Assembly: GCF_006345805.1 (NCBI RefSeq)
Contig: NC_042999.1
Coordinates: 132,494,001-132,558,000 of the forward strand
DNA: 64,000 nt
Direction: 5' to 3'
Origin: Octopus sinensis
Taxonomy: Eukaryota
In this document: positions 1 to 12,170 of the stretch, in pieces
How positions within the stretch are numbered: the stretch's first letter is position 1
How the letters are laid out: each line of letters starts with the position of its first letter
Translations under genes and position numbers: made by a program
The notes under the pieces: generated by a model
What the model was told of the DNA's origin: nothing
What the model saw: the letters and a program-made list of their open reading frames with translations, nothing else
The model's database searches: none

Positions 1-612
1 TACGTTTTGAGTTCAAATTCCGGCGAAGTTGACTTTGCCTTTCATCCCTTTCGGGGTCGTTAAATTAAGTGCCAGTTACGCACTGTGGTCGATGTAATCG
101 ACTTAATCCGTTTGTCTGTACTTGTTTGTCCCCTCTATGTTTAGCCCCCTGTGGACAATAAAAAAAATTTTTGAAATAAAAAATACGAAAGGAAAAAATA
201 TATTAAAAAAAAAATAAATAAATAAGGCGGCGAGCTGGCGGAAACGTTAGCACGCCGGGCAAAATGCTTTGTGGTATTTCGTCCGCCGCTGCGTTCTGAG
301 TTCAAATTCCGGCGAAGTCGACTTTGCCTTTCATCCTTTCGGGGTCGATAAATTAAGCACCAGTTACACACTAGGGTCGATGTAATCCGTTTGTCTGTCC
401 TTGTTTGTCCTCTTTATTTAGTCCCTTGTGGGTAGTAAAGAAATAGGTGTTTCGTTTGCCGTTACGTTCTGAGTTCAAGTTCCACCGATGTCAACTCTGT
501 TTTTCATCCTTTCGGGGTCGATAAATTAAGTACTAGTTGCGTACTGGGTCGATCAAATCGACAGGCCACCTCCCCGAAAATTTTGGGCCTTGTGCCAGGA
601 GTAGAAAAGATT
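1..612 (+). mobile_element. tRNA-derived SINE family A: partial copy at window edge plus a dimeric copy starting at 226
   Basis: Head GGCGGCGAGCTGGCGGAAACGTTAGC at 226, B-box-like GAGTTCAAATTCC, body GTCGACTTTGCCTTTCATCCTTTCGGGGTCGATAAATTAAG; same sequence recurs many times in the window. Confidence 0.85.
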
Positions 613-960
613 ATTCTATGTACTGTATTTGCACTTTTGGTTATATTTTTTGATAAGTTGAAATATACTTCAGTAGTGTAAACAATAAGTTCATTATATA
701 TAATATTTCATATTATTATGAGTTCGCATTCACATATATATATATATATATAATATTCATATTACATATATTTCATATTATTATGTGAGTTCGCATATGG
801 ATAAATTAATTGGGAGAAAAAGTTTAAGAATGTTAGTAATGGAGAAGGGAGATAACTTCCTAGTTCTATTATTTAATGCTAGAACTGTATTTATTGACAT
901 ATTAGCGTTGATATTCTTTTATGTAAGTCAATGTGCATTATTTAACATTATTTGCAAGTC

Positions 961-1155
961 GGCGAGCTGGCAGAAACGTCAGCAAGGCGGGCGAAATGAT
1001 TAGCAGTATTTCGTCTGCCTTTACGTTCTGAGTTCAAATTCCGCCGTTGTCGACTTTGCCTTTCATCCTTTCGGAGGTCGATAAATTAAGTACCAGTTGC
1101 ATACTGGGATCGATCTAATCGATTAGCCCCTTCCCCCAAAATTTCGGGCCTTGTC
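961..1155 (+). mobile_element. SINE family A copy
   Basis: Same head, B-box and body as 226-612. Confidence 0.85.
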
Positions 1156-1399
1156 AGTTTAAAATGCTATATTCTCAGATCCCCATCAAAATTGCTTACT
1201 GAATCATAACAGCTATTTTCGATTGATAAACAATATGATTTGACGAAAAAATTTAGTGCTTACCTCTTTCTCTATCATGTATACAAAAGTTTCAGTAATC
1301 AAGGAAATTATTAAATTACTATCAATCATATCTACATCTGACTGAGCAAATCAATTTGATTTTTTTATTTAGTGATACAGGAGCACTCCGTCGGTTACG

Positions 1400-1700
1400 A
1401 CGACGAGAATCCCAGCTGATACGATCAACGGAACAGCTTGCTCGTGGAATTAACGTGCAATTGACTGAGCAATCCACAGACACGAGTACCCTTAACGTAG
1501 TTCTCAGGGAGAGTCAGCGTGACACAGAGTGTGACAAGGCCGGCTCCTTGAAATACAGGTACAACTCATTTTTGCCAGCTGAGTGGACTGGAGCAATGTG
1601 AAATAAAGTGTCTTGCTCAAAGACACAACGCATCGCCGGGAATCGAACTCACGACGTTACAATCGTCAGCCGAATGCCCTAACCACTAAGCCATGCGCCT
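1400..1700 (-). mobile_element. tRNA-derived SINE family C
   Basis: Reverse complement of GGCGCATGGCTTAGTGGTTAG...GAGTTCGATTCCCGG...TTGAGCAAGACACTTTATTTCAC, matching 39494-39810 and 43775-44055. Confidence 0.8.
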
Positions 1701-2059
1701 TCACTTTTTTAGTGATAATGTTATATCTAACAAAAACCGAAAGAAAACACCAGAAAACAAAAACACAAATACAAAAACAGAAACAAACAAAACGCCAACA
1801 CATAACGGACAGTAATGCTTATAGCTACCACCGTTAATAAGTTTTAAGAGAGAGAGGCGGTGGGAAAATACTTGCAACTGACCTCTATCGTTTAAGTTGA
1901 AACTTTATGAACCTCATTGCAATCATAAACTATAATAGAAGAAAGCTGTCGAATATAAAAGACGTAATGGAATGAGCAGAACAAGAGGATAGACGTGGGA
2001 TAGAGAATCGCTGAAGGGATCACTGGATGTATGATGAAAGAACTTCGACAAAGAAGCTA

Positions 2060-2136
<77 letters not shown>

Positions 2137-2147
2137 TAATAATAATA

Positions 2148-2237
<90 letters not shown>

Positions 2238-2284
2238 TAATAATAATAATAATAATGATAATATAATAATAATATATAATAATA

Positions 2285-2323
<39 letters not shown>

Positions 2324-2400
2324 TAATAATGATAATAATAATAATAAATAATAATAATAATATAATAATATAATATAATAATAATAAATAATAATAATAA
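2060..2400. repeat. (TAA)n microsatellite
   Basis: Direct reading; source of the poly-I/L/Y ORFs. Confidence 0.98.
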
Positions 2401-2584
2401 AGAAACAATAAAGAAGAGTGCGATTGTTATAAAAAAAACAATATTTCGCCATCTCGTGTGTCTTCCATAGAAATATTGCTAATTTGATAACAGTCGCACT
2501 CTCCTTTATTGTGTCTTTACTTTCTGGAGGAGTAACATCAATCCTTTAAATATGACTAATAATAATAATAATAATATAATAATA

Positions 2585-2622
<38 letters not shown>

Positions 2623-2625
<3 letters not shown>

Positions 2626-3194
2626 TGATCACATCTCACTCCTCTGGAACTTCACCATTCAAACTGACAGAAAGATAGATGCGAATAGGCCAGACATCAT
2701 ATTGAAAGACTTCAGACAAAAATCATGTCTCCTCATTGATATGACTGTCCCAATCGATATAAACGTATCTGTCAAGACCTACCAAAAACTGAGCAAATAT
2801 AAAGATCTTGAAATAGAAATTGGCAAAATGTGGGAAACTGAAGACTAAAACAATACCTGTTGTCATAGGTGCCCTGGGAATGATAACAAAAGGGGCTGAT
2901 TGCTAACTAGCTCAGATACCAGGAAACCCCAAAATGGCAGAAATTCAAACGATAGTGCTCATGGGAACTGCTCATATCCTACGCAAAATACTTTCTATGT
3001 AATCTCAAGTTTTAAAACAAACATAATTTTCTTATGGTTTCTTAAACATTCTCTAGAACAACACTATGTACAAAACCAAATATATGGCACCCTAGGCATA
3101 ACACCAGCATGAGCTTCCAACTTGTTGTCTCTTGAGGTCTCTGGGTGAGACTTGGAGCCAACTTGTGCAAATGTAAAGCAAAAGTCAAACATAA

Positions 3195-3200
<6 letters not shown>
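2623..3200 (+). mobile_element. 5'-truncated RLE-type non-LTR retrotransposon (R4/Dong/HERO-like), 3' end
   Basis: Encodes NRPDIILKDF...LIDMTVPIDINVSVKTYQKLSKYKDL (PD..D/E-x-K restriction-like endonuclease); near-identical to 57190-57780; flanked both sides by (TAA)n. Confidence 0.85.
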
Positions 3201-3249
<49 letters not shown>

Positions 3250-3319
3250 TAATAATAATAATAGAAATATTAAAATTACTAAGTCTCTCTAAAGGAGATT
3301 ACGGCAGCGTTACTGGAAA

Positions 3320-3715
3320 TTAATAGTTATCGCCATACTAATATGGCAGTCTTATAAATATAAGAACAAAGCTGTCGCTGATTAGCTCCAAGATGCCACC
3401 GCCTCAAGCTAGCTACTTGACACACAATCTGCGTCCATTATTAAACCTTCGAACAGGGGAGATCAGCCGCTTCATCCTGCTAGTCCGACACCTGCAGGTC
3501 TGACTACGCTGCATTGATAAGGGGCAACAACCCTGAAACATGTCTGTAGCTGTCGGACTAGCAGGATGAAGCAGCTGACCTCCCCTGTTCGAAGGTTTAA
3601 TAATGGACGCAGATTGTGTGTCAAGTAGCTAGCTTGAGGCGGTGGCCTCTTGGAACTAATCAGCGACAGCTTTATTCTTATTTTATAAGAATGGCATATT
3701 AGTATGGCGATAACT

Positions 3716-3720
<5 letters not shown>
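3320..3720. repeat. ~400-bp inverted repeat (arms ~3320-3490 and ~3551-3720) with a hammerhead-like spacer
   Basis: Left arm TTAATAGTTATCGCC...TAGTCCGACA is the reverse complement of right arm TGTCGGACTA...GGCGATAACTATTAA with a few mismatches. Confidence 0.9.
3508..3550 (+). ncRNA. Degenerate minimal type I hammerhead ribozyme motif
   Basis: Stem I GCTGCA/TGTAGC, core TTGATAA (two changes from CTGATGA), stem II GGGG/CCCT, GAAAC-AT-GTC cleavage triplet. Confidence 0.55.
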
Positions 3721-3787
<67 letters not shown>

Positions 3788-4189
3788 GCTGAAGTGAAGA
3801 TCGAATATATATAGTGCGTGAGTTTGACAAGAAAACTATGACCATCCCCAACTATAACAATGTCGAATATAAAATTATAGATAAATGAAGAAAAGCAAGT
3901 AAATCTAACATGGGCTGTTATTCATCTGAGATGTTGTGATTTATCAATTATACTTTAGTTTTTTGGGGTTTTTTTAAGTACAAGCAGCAATAGGAAAAAA
4001 GTATACTTAGTTATATAAGAATAATAATTTATTCAGTTTAACTCACACCTCACTAAATATGTCATTTAGAAATACTCCAAACACCCTCAACATATAATCC
4101 GCTTCATTAATTTCTCGCATCTGTGTTACCTTTCACCTTTTACTGTAGCCATGCTGGGACACGACCACGAAGAGTTTTAAATGGAATGA

Positions 4190-4380
4190 ATCGATGCCAG
4201 TCGTTTTTTTTTAAAGCTTGGTACTTATTCTATCGATCATTTTTATCGAACCACTAAGTTACGAGGATGTAAACATACCAACACTGGTTGTAGAGAGGTG
4301 GTGGTGGACGAACACAGACACAGGCACGCACACACACACACACAAACACACACGCACACACACACATACACACACGCGCG

Positions 4381-4417
<37 letters not shown>

Positions 4418-4552
4418 CAGAAGTCTTTCAGTTTCCGTCCACTAAATCCACTTACAAATCTTTGGTCGGCCCAAGGACATAGTAGAAGATACTTGCCCAA
4501 AGTGCCACGTGAGACTGAACTCGGAACCATGTAGTTGGGAAGCAGGCTTCTT
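4190..4552 (-). mobile_element. tRNA-derived SINE family B whose head is split by the 4553-6981 insertion (rest of head at ~6982-7003)
   Basis: Minus strand reads ...CCCAACTACATGGTTCCGAGTTCAGTCTCACGTGGCACTTTGGGCAAG...; the missing TGTGAGGTAAGAAGC part lies at ~6988-7002. Confidence 0.8.
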
Positions 4553-6981
4553 TATTTCATTACATTTGCCATAAAGGCAGTACATAGAGTAAATTAGCTT
4601 TGCGGGATGGACGAGGACATTAATGAAATGAATGATAATGAAAGAAAGATGATAAGGATGGGAGAAGACAAAAAGCGCCCGCCGACTTCTGCTTCTCTAA
4701 AACATTGTTCTTTAAAACTAAATACAAAACGAGGTATTAAACCTCTTACAACTTTTACAACTTTTCAATTTTTGGACTTAACAGTCCATTACAAACAACA
4801 ACATAGTTCAATAATTACATATAATATAAATACAATACACAACGCCCCTCCTCCCAGACCTGGCTTACACTTCCCTTAGGAGTGCGCCAGCTCTAGGTCG
4901 GGGCCCCTCAAGTCGTATCTAAACATGTCCTATCAAATATAAAAAATACATTATCACTTCTCCCTTCCTCCTCTTTCCGGACCTCCAGTGAAATATCTAG
5001 CCGCCTGCAGAGCAGACCACGTTGACAGCCGGGGAGTTTAGAAAGAAAGCGAAGTGCCTATTATCAAATGTTTGTGTCACACAGTGCCACAATTTACGAC
5101 TCATCCTCAAAATAACTTGTGCCCGCATCTTCTGCCATCCTCCACACCCCTTCCAGAACCTCATCGAGTTCCGTGTTAGCGTTTCCCGGGTACAAGCGAT
5201 ATTCCTCATTGAGCTCCTCCAGCTCAAACGTCACGTCGAACGTCGTGGCCTCCACAGCTATCTGCGGAGGCCATTCGGGGTCCTGTGTGAAGGCTGAAGG
5301 TGCTCCCTTATGGTGCTTTTCTATTACCTTTTCAATCCCTCCGCCTCTATGGAAGAAGATCAATACATCGTCTTTCCCCGGGGGCGGGATATTCAATTCT
5401 TTCCTTGGCGGCACAGTTCCCGCCAACGGTGTTTCTTCTCCTGTCGGTGGCACAACCCCAACCGACGTAGTTCCGGGACATTCCGGTACTATGTCACCGA
5501 CTGCCGGCAATGTTCCGTTTCTCTTCCTCTTCCTCTTTTTTTTCTTTTCAACTGAGGGAGGGTGCGTCTCCTCCGTGGTCGGAAGATTCGCCTTTCCCTC
5601 CTCATCTCCAGGATTCCTTGGTGAGCACCCACTGTTGCTCACCTTCTTCCTCTTTCGGCCCCTGTTTGAGGAGTCCTCCGCTCCCTCGGCCGTCTTCATT
5701 CCCTCTTCTACAGGGGTTTCACTTAACTGCTCCGGGATCTTATTTTGTTCCCGGGGACAGTTTTTCTTTATATGGCCGGACTCCAGGCACCGATGACATC
5801 GGGGGGGGGGGCGACCCTCAAGTATCACCGGGTACCTGCAACCGGCCATTTTCAAAAAATCTGGAAAAACCAGATTGGCTGATTGGGTCCAAAGGGTCAA
5901 AATTGCTTTTGACCCAACCCAAATAGTCGCAGGAAGAACTTTCACATTAAGAAGCTTGGTCCCGCTGCCACCCAGACCCCGGCGGATAGTCTCCTCTATC
6001 CACTCGGGTTTTATCCCGGGTGGCAGCCCGCAGATCCAAGCTTTCGTTAACCTCTTCCCATGATACGTGGGAAGAAATAAAATTTCCTTACCCTCCAGGG
6101 GTTGACTAGCAAATTTGCGAGCCTCTTCAGGGGTGTCAAATAGCAACCACACCGTTGCATATCTGACACCCCTGGAAATGAATTTAATTGTTAGCAAATA
6201 CTCTGCCAACCCCTTTTCAATTGCCGTCTTTTCGATTAGGGCGATGGTGTCGAGTGCCTTGGAGTAGGTTCTCAACACCACCGTCCTATCTTCACGGTCT
6301 TTTAACCACTTTTCAGGCGGTATAATCTTCCTTTCCAAAATTTTGTCATTTTTCATTGCCATGTTTTTTTTTAAAATATATTCAAAATAAAACTTAAAAA
6401 GCGAGAAGAAAAAAGAAATCAAAAGAAAGTCACAATAAACAAAAAGGAGAAAGTCAAATAAAGTTTAGAAGTAAGTCAATAGTTCAGGAACACAGCAAAA
6501 AAATCTTCCGGCCATCCGGTACTCCCGGCCTAGCTTGAACCCGGAACGCCACAACTGAAACACGACATCCACAAAAATTGATATACAAATTGTTTAATCT
6601 TCGGAGGCAAAACACTCCCCCAAACAGCTGTTCTCACAATTATTAAAGTTCTTCAAAAGGCACAGTACAAGCAATATTCTCATAATTAAGTGAGAAAAAT
6701 ATTCACTCAACATAAACCGAAGACGAATACACCCCCAGACAAAAATTTTCACAATTCAGCGAGAAAAATTATTTGCCCCATGTCGACAGAACCAGAATTC
6801 TGAATAAAGTAGGAATTCCTGCCGGTACAAAAACAATTCTCAACAAAAATTCCCACTGGACCCAAAAAACAGAATCTTACCTTACAATGGAGCTTCAAAA
6901 TTTTTCAATTCGAGACGGTTTCAAAAGCATGTCTCATCTCTTTGGTGCCGAACACCACAATTATTCGCACATGCGCAGTGA
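4553..6981 (-). mobile_element. ORF1-only Tx1/L1-derived non-autonomous retroelement (HAL1-like), ~2.4 kb
   Basis: Bounded by a 13-bp direct repeat AAGCAGGCTTCTT (4540-4552) / AAGCAAGCTTCTT (6982-6994); one ORF1-like ORF; no recognisable ORF2; AATAAA formed at the 3' junction. Confidence 0.7.
5094..6362 (-). CDS. LINE (Tx1/L1-type) ORF1-like nucleic-acid-binding protein with CCHC zinc knuckle, ~422 aa from MAMKNDKIL
   Basis: Uninterrupted ORF; VILEGRPPPRCHRCLESGHIKKNCP (CX2CX4HX4C); RRM-like KAWICGLPPGIKPEWIEETI; basic low-complexity tail. ATG at 6362 preferred over the TTG start at 6422. Confidence 0.8.
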   Translation of the reverse strand: MAMKNDKILERKIIPPEKWLKDREDRTVVLRTYSKALDTIALIEKTAIEKGLAEYLLTIKFISRGVRYATVWLLFDTPEEARKFASQPLEGKEILFLPTYHGKRLTKAWICGLPPGIKPEWIEETIRRGLGGSGTKLLNVKVLPATIWVGSKAILTLWTQSANLVFPDFLKMAGCRYPVILEGRPPPRCHRCLESGHIKKNCPREQNKIPEQLSETPVEEGMKTAEGAEDSSNRGRKRKKVSNSGCSPRNPGDEEGKANLPTTEETHPPSVEKKKKRKRKRNGTLPAVGDIVPECPGTTSVGVVPPTGEETPLAGTVPPRKELNIPPPGKDDVLIFFHRGGGIEKVIEKHHKGAPSAFTQDPEWPPQIAVEATTFDVTFELEELNEEYRLYPGNANTELDEVLEGVWRMAEDAGTSYFEDES

Positions 6982-7500
6982 AAGCAAGCTTCTTACCTCA
7001 CAAGTCATACAAATAGTTAGCTAGAAATATAATTTATGAAATTTCAATCAAATCAAGCCATTCTCTAATCTAGGTGTCTTACTACATCTGTTGTCAGTTC
7101 ATACTGACCCACTTGAACCAAACTATGTCTTCCATGGCATATAATTGGCTTACGCAGTTTTACGTCGAGTAAAAAGAAAGATAAAAACAAGAAATGTTTC
7201 TGGCTGTAAGGTATCTCTTTCTATGTAAAGAATGTTTTGTGAGTTGGCATGATAGTGTAAGCACTCATGTCGTGATTTCTGCCAGATATTTTTTTACGAA
7301 TTGGTCTTAACACAATGCGTAATATAGGTTTCAAATTTTGACGCTAGGCAAGCAAATTTGAAGTATGGGATAAGTCGGTCACATTGGCTCCAGTGCTCGA
7401 CTTGTTCTTATTTTATCGACCTCGAAAGAATGAAAAGCAAAGTCGACCTCGACGGAACTTGAAAACAGAACGTAAAATCGGTCGAAATGTCGCTAAGTAT

Positions 7501-8340
7501 TACGAGATAGTATCAAAAAGTTACCAGGACTTGTTAAGCTTAATAAAAGATAACTTATTTACATAAGTTTTTGCATCTTCTCCTTTGAAATAGTCACCTT
7601 ACGCAGCAATACACCGGTCCCAGCATTCCTGCTACTTTTGGAATGTGGCTTGGAAGTCATTTTCCGTAAGCGAGTCGAGGACATTATGCGATTCGCTCTG
7701 GATCTTGACAACGGTGTTAAAACGGCGGCCTTTGAGCTGCATTTTCATCTTGGTGAAGATATGGAAGCTCGTGGGTGCTAAATCTGGCGAATAGGGTGTG
7801 TGCAGAAGCGATACCATGTTGCTTTTGGCGAGAAACCTACGGGTGATGAGAGCTTGGTAATAGGTTGCATTGTCGTCGTAAAGAATCCAATTCTTCGCGC
7901 CCCAGAGAACCCGTCGCTTTCGCCGAATGTCCTCATTCAAACGCTTCAAAACATCGCAGTAGTACTTCGATTGACGGTCTGGGACTGAGAAATGAATTTT
8001 CGATGCACAATACCACATTTCCGAGGATGATGCATACGACTCTTTGCCTCTTCGCCGTAAAGCTTACCGAAGCATACTCAATGTCCCTGTGGAAGACTTT
8101 CAATGCTTAACGTAAAATTTCGCGTTGGTTCTTCATTCCTATTCATGACAAAGTCGCGGACTACAGCATACACGTGATCACAAAAACAAATTTCACAATT
8201 TGCCAAGTAAAAGCAATCATGTCACTCGGTACACTGCCTCATAAAGGTCACTGCTAGTTCTCACTGCGCATGCAAAGGTGTACTGTCATCTGTTGGTGTA
8301 CTATAGAACAAGACAGGGAACCTTCTGATATCACTTCGTA
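7501..8340 (-). mobile_element. Internally deleted mariner element
   Basis: TIR-like TACGAGATAGTATCAAAAAG / GATATCACTTCGTA; ORF 7632-8018 has WILYDDNA...HTPYSPDLAP...LKGRRF mariner motifs. Confidence 0.85.
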
Positions 8341-8344
8341 TTTA

Positions 8345-9060
8345 CTAACCCAGAAAGAGTACAGAAAATGCCATGACAAAGTTGCACGGCGAGTACACTG
8401 TGCAAAAGGCACAGACTATGATATACCGACCAGTGGTTTGAACATCAACTCTTGCTAATCATAGGAAATGATAAAAATGAAGCTCACGAAGGAAATGACA
8501 GTCTTCACAGATAAGAAATTGATACACACATAAAACTCTCCTACGAAAAGACTCCAAACATGGAAATTGCAGCAAAGCTGCGGGATAATGGTGCCCGATG
8601 TGGTATGCAGACCATCATGTAACCTGTTTGATATTGCGTTTTTGTTCTTCGTTTCCATTTTATTTTGACATCCGCATTGCGTTTTTATTCTTCTCTTCTG
8701 TTTTACGAATACAGTGTGTACACGTGCATTGCATGTTCATACTTCTCTTTCCGGTTCCTACTCAAAACTGTTTACAGGTCACAACCATTTCACGAAACTG
8801 CAGTCATGGAAAGCGTTGTGAAAAATTGGATCTTCATTCATAGAGAGGTACCTGTAGGTCAGCAGATTGTAAAGACAGAGAATGAGAAATGCAAAAGGTG
8901 ACAAGACATGGCATTTGAAGTGCAGCGTGTTCATACACACGCTGGAATGAGTGTAATTCTCATTGCGATTGGTGCACCAAGAACAGAAACACCTGACATG
9001 AGAAGCTGGAACTATCAAACATCATTAGAAGAATAGAGTTGGCGGCCAAACTCAGAACTG
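8345..9060 (+). mobile_element. Highly decayed RLE-type LINE 3' fragments
   Basis: KEYRKCHDKVARRVH (RHD-like) and VILIAIGAPRT (VIPVVIGALG-like) segments. Confidence 0.35.
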
Positions 9061-9610
9061 CATATGCATTGAGGAAAATGTTGTGCCTCTAAGCTGTGGG
9101 AAGGTGCTGGGACGAGGTATAAATAACGCAGAACACGAAACTAGAGAGAATAGCAGCAGCAACAGCTGTAATAACCCTTTCTATCATTGGCACAAAGTCT
9201 ATAACAGAAAGGATTATTGTTATCAGTTCTTCAGCCACAGAGACCGGAAAGGTAGACGCTGCGAATTTACACGTGAGACAGGTCCCTCTTATGGTATTCC
9301 CGTCATCGTTCAATGACTGGTTGCGCAATTCAGCGGCTCGCCGTAATAAATAAACGGGATGACAGCGCCAAGCTGTGATGTGTATAAATACCAGTTCAAA
9401 TTTACTTGAAGCATATGCGAACCTGCAAGAAAGCCATTTGTTAATATGTATTTTCATCAATAGTTCTTTAAAAAAATTTAGTAGACTTGAAGTTATTGAT
9501 CAAGTGTGTAAGCCCAATTATGTTGTCTCCAAGCCTGTTGCTCGAAAATCTGAAATTATGCATATAAATGGCTTACCAAACAGAATTAATAACATAAAAT
9601 ATTACCGTTA

Positions 9611-9995
9611 GGCGCAGGAGTGGCTGTGTGGTAAGTAGCTTGCTAACCAACCACATGGTTCCGGGTTCAGTCCCACTGCGTGGCATCTTGGGCAAGTGTC
9701 TTCTGCTATAGCCCCGGGCCAACCAATGCCTTGTGAGTGGATTTGGTAGACGGAAACTGAAAGAAGCCTGTCGTATATATGTGTATATGTGTATGTGTGT
9801 GTGTCTGTGTTTGTCCCCCTAGCATTGCTTGACAACCGATGCTGGTGTGTTTACGTTCCCGTCACTTAGCGGTTCAGCAAAATAGACCGATAGAATAAGT
9901 ACTGGGCTTACAAAGAATAAGTCCCGGGGTCGATTTGCTCGACTAAAGGCGGTGCTCCAGCATGGCCGCAGTCAAATGACTGAAACAAGTAAAAG
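9611..9995 (+). mobile_element. SINE family B, full length
   Basis: GGCGCAGGAGTGGCTGTGTGGTAAG head, GGTTCAGTCCC B-box-like, internal TA/TG repeat, tail CAAATGACTGAAACAAGTAAAAGAG. Confidence 0.9.
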
Positions 9996-10136
9996 AGAAA
10001 GAGAAAAAGAGAAAGAGAAAGAGTTAATCGCAGGTTATCAGATAGGTAACCTTTAAGGGTAGATAACATTATTCTTGATGACGCTAGTATGATAAAAGTT
10101 ATTTCCCTTGGCAGCTTATTTTCGAGTATTATCTAA

Positions 10137-10640
10137 GGCGGCGAGCTGGCAGAAACGTTAGCACGCCGGGCGAAATGCGTATCCGTATTTCGTCTGCCGT
10201 TACGTTCTCAGTTCAAATTCCGCTGAGGTCGACTTTGCCTTTCATCCCTTTCGGGGTCGATAAATTAGGTACCAGTTACGCACTGGGGTCGATGTAATCT
10301 ACTTAATCCGTTTGTCTGTCCTCTCTGTGTTTAGTAAAGAAATAGGTATTTCGTCTGCCGCTACGTTCTGAGTTCAAATTCCGCCGAGGTCGACTTTGCC
10401 TTTCACCCTTTCGGGGTGTCGATGTAATCGACTTAATCCCTTTGTCTGTCCTTGCCTGTCCCCTCTATGTTTAACCCCTTGTAAGCAATAAAGAAATAGG
10501 TATTTCGTCTGTCTTTACGTTCTGAGTTCGAATTCCGCTGAGGTCGACTTTGCCTTTCATCCCTTTGGGGTCGATAAATTAGCTACCAGTTGCACACTGG
10601 GGTCGATCAAATCGACTGATTCTCTTCCCACATATTTCTG
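10137..10640 (+). mobile_element. SINE family A, internally multimeric copy
   Basis: Head at 10137 followed by three repeats of the GTATTTCGTCTG...GTCGACTTTGCC unit. Confidence 0.85.
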
Positions 10641-10699
10641 GAATGCACATTGTACAAATAATCTACTATAATAATACTCATGTTTTTCTCCGACACAAC

Positions 10700-11560
10700 A
10701 TCATGCGTTCGGTTCGTCAATGATGCCCTCTCTCGTAGCTTCTGTATGTATTAACTCTTGAGCCACTACTGCGGAAGCTTGCGACGCTGAGGGGCATCCA
10801 CGAGAGCTGGGATGTAGGAGAAGCGTGTCTGCATACGCGGACGACGTCACCGTCATAGTGTCGAGCCACAAGCACATCAACCTGGTCGGCGAGACACTAA
10901 AAGAATACGAAGCGGTAACGGAAGCAAAAATTAACCGGGAAAAGTCAGTGGGCTTGCGGCTCGGCACCTGGAGAAGCAAGCCCATGCCGTCCAACAGCGT
11001 CTCCATCGTGGGACACTGGACAGACGGACCGGTTAAATTGCTCGGAGTTTGGTTCGGTCTGGGCCTCCAAATGGAGAAGAAGTGGGCGAAATAACGACTA
11101 GGACGGCCACTCTCACCCAGCAATGGGCCGAGAGGAAGCTCTCTCTAAAAGGTCGGGCGGAGGTGGCGAATGCGTACATCGTGTCCGTCATCGAGTACCG
11201 TCTGACCGTCGTGCCTTATCCCGACCCGACAAAGGCGTTCTATAGAGGATTAGTGGAGGGGAGGTGCGATGACGTTCTCGGGCAGAATCTGGGCGTCGAC
11301 GAGGAACACCTGACCCGCCTGTTCAGGACAACTTTCGGGTCGGGACCTATGGACAACCACCAAAGATCCCTGGTCTGGCAGTGCTATCGAGAAGCATTAC
11401 CTGTTCGGGATAAGCTCTACAGGCACGGTTTTAGACACACCGTACCAATTTGCCCGATATGTGGTCAGAGCGACGAAACCGCTCTATGGGTTTATGACGA
11501 ACGGCTGCTGTAACGTGTGAGACGAGTCCGCCTGTCGGCCGAGTCTGTTGGGGTAATTGC
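10700..11560 (+). mobile_element. Tx1/L1-type ORF2 (RT and C-terminal zinc finger) fragment, internally deleted
   Basis: SAYADDVTVIV, KINREKS, VKLLGVWFG, WAERKLSLKGR, CPICGQSDET; frameshifted. Confidence 0.85.
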
Positions 11561-11570
11561 TTCGCCACAC

Positions 11571-11620
<50 letters not shown>

Positions 11621-11624
11621 GTTA

Positions 11625-11850
11625 GTATGTGTGTATGCTTGTGTGTCTCTGTTTGTCACCCCAACATCGCTTGACAACCGATGCTGGTGTGTTTACGTCC
11701 CCGTAACTTAGCGGTTCGGCAAAATAGACCGATAGAATAAGTACTAGGCTTACGTAGAATAAGTCCTGGGGTCGATTTGGTCGACTAAAGGCGGTGCTCC
11801 AGCATGGCCACGATGAAATGACAGAAACAAGTAAAAGAGTAAAAGAGTAA
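11625..11850 (+). mobile_element. SINE family B 3' half
   Basis: Matches 9790-9990. Confidence 0.85.
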
Positions 11851-11874
11851 AGAATACGCCGGCCTGAAAGAAGA

Positions 11875-12124
11875 TCCTGAGTGGTCGCAAGCAGACGGCA
11901 GCAAGAAAATCAATGTTGAGAATTCTTGTAGGCTGAAGAAAGGAAGGAGTGAGCATAGTGTTTAGCGCCAGTGAGAAGTGGTGGACATAATTTGGGTGAC
12001 GAGGGGAAGAGAAATATGTAAGTCAGAAGTGTCTGAGTGGACTTTAAACAAGACGAACTAACCAAGCCATGAGACAGACAGGTCAGAGGTGCATAGCTCG
12101 CTGCCGCAGTGTTCTAGAGGCGGA

Positions 12125-12170
<46 letters not shown>

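Noticed and set aside
1923-2452. Poly-I/L/Y ORFs of 131-161 aa
   Set aside because: Translations of (TAA)n; no coding signal.
5119-5926. 225-aa and 138-aa plus-strand ORFs
   Set aside because: Antisense shadows of the ORF1; no recognisable motifs.
9079-9364. Possible solo LTR (TG...TATAAATA...AATAAA...CA)
   Set aside because: No matching TSD and no second copy in the window.
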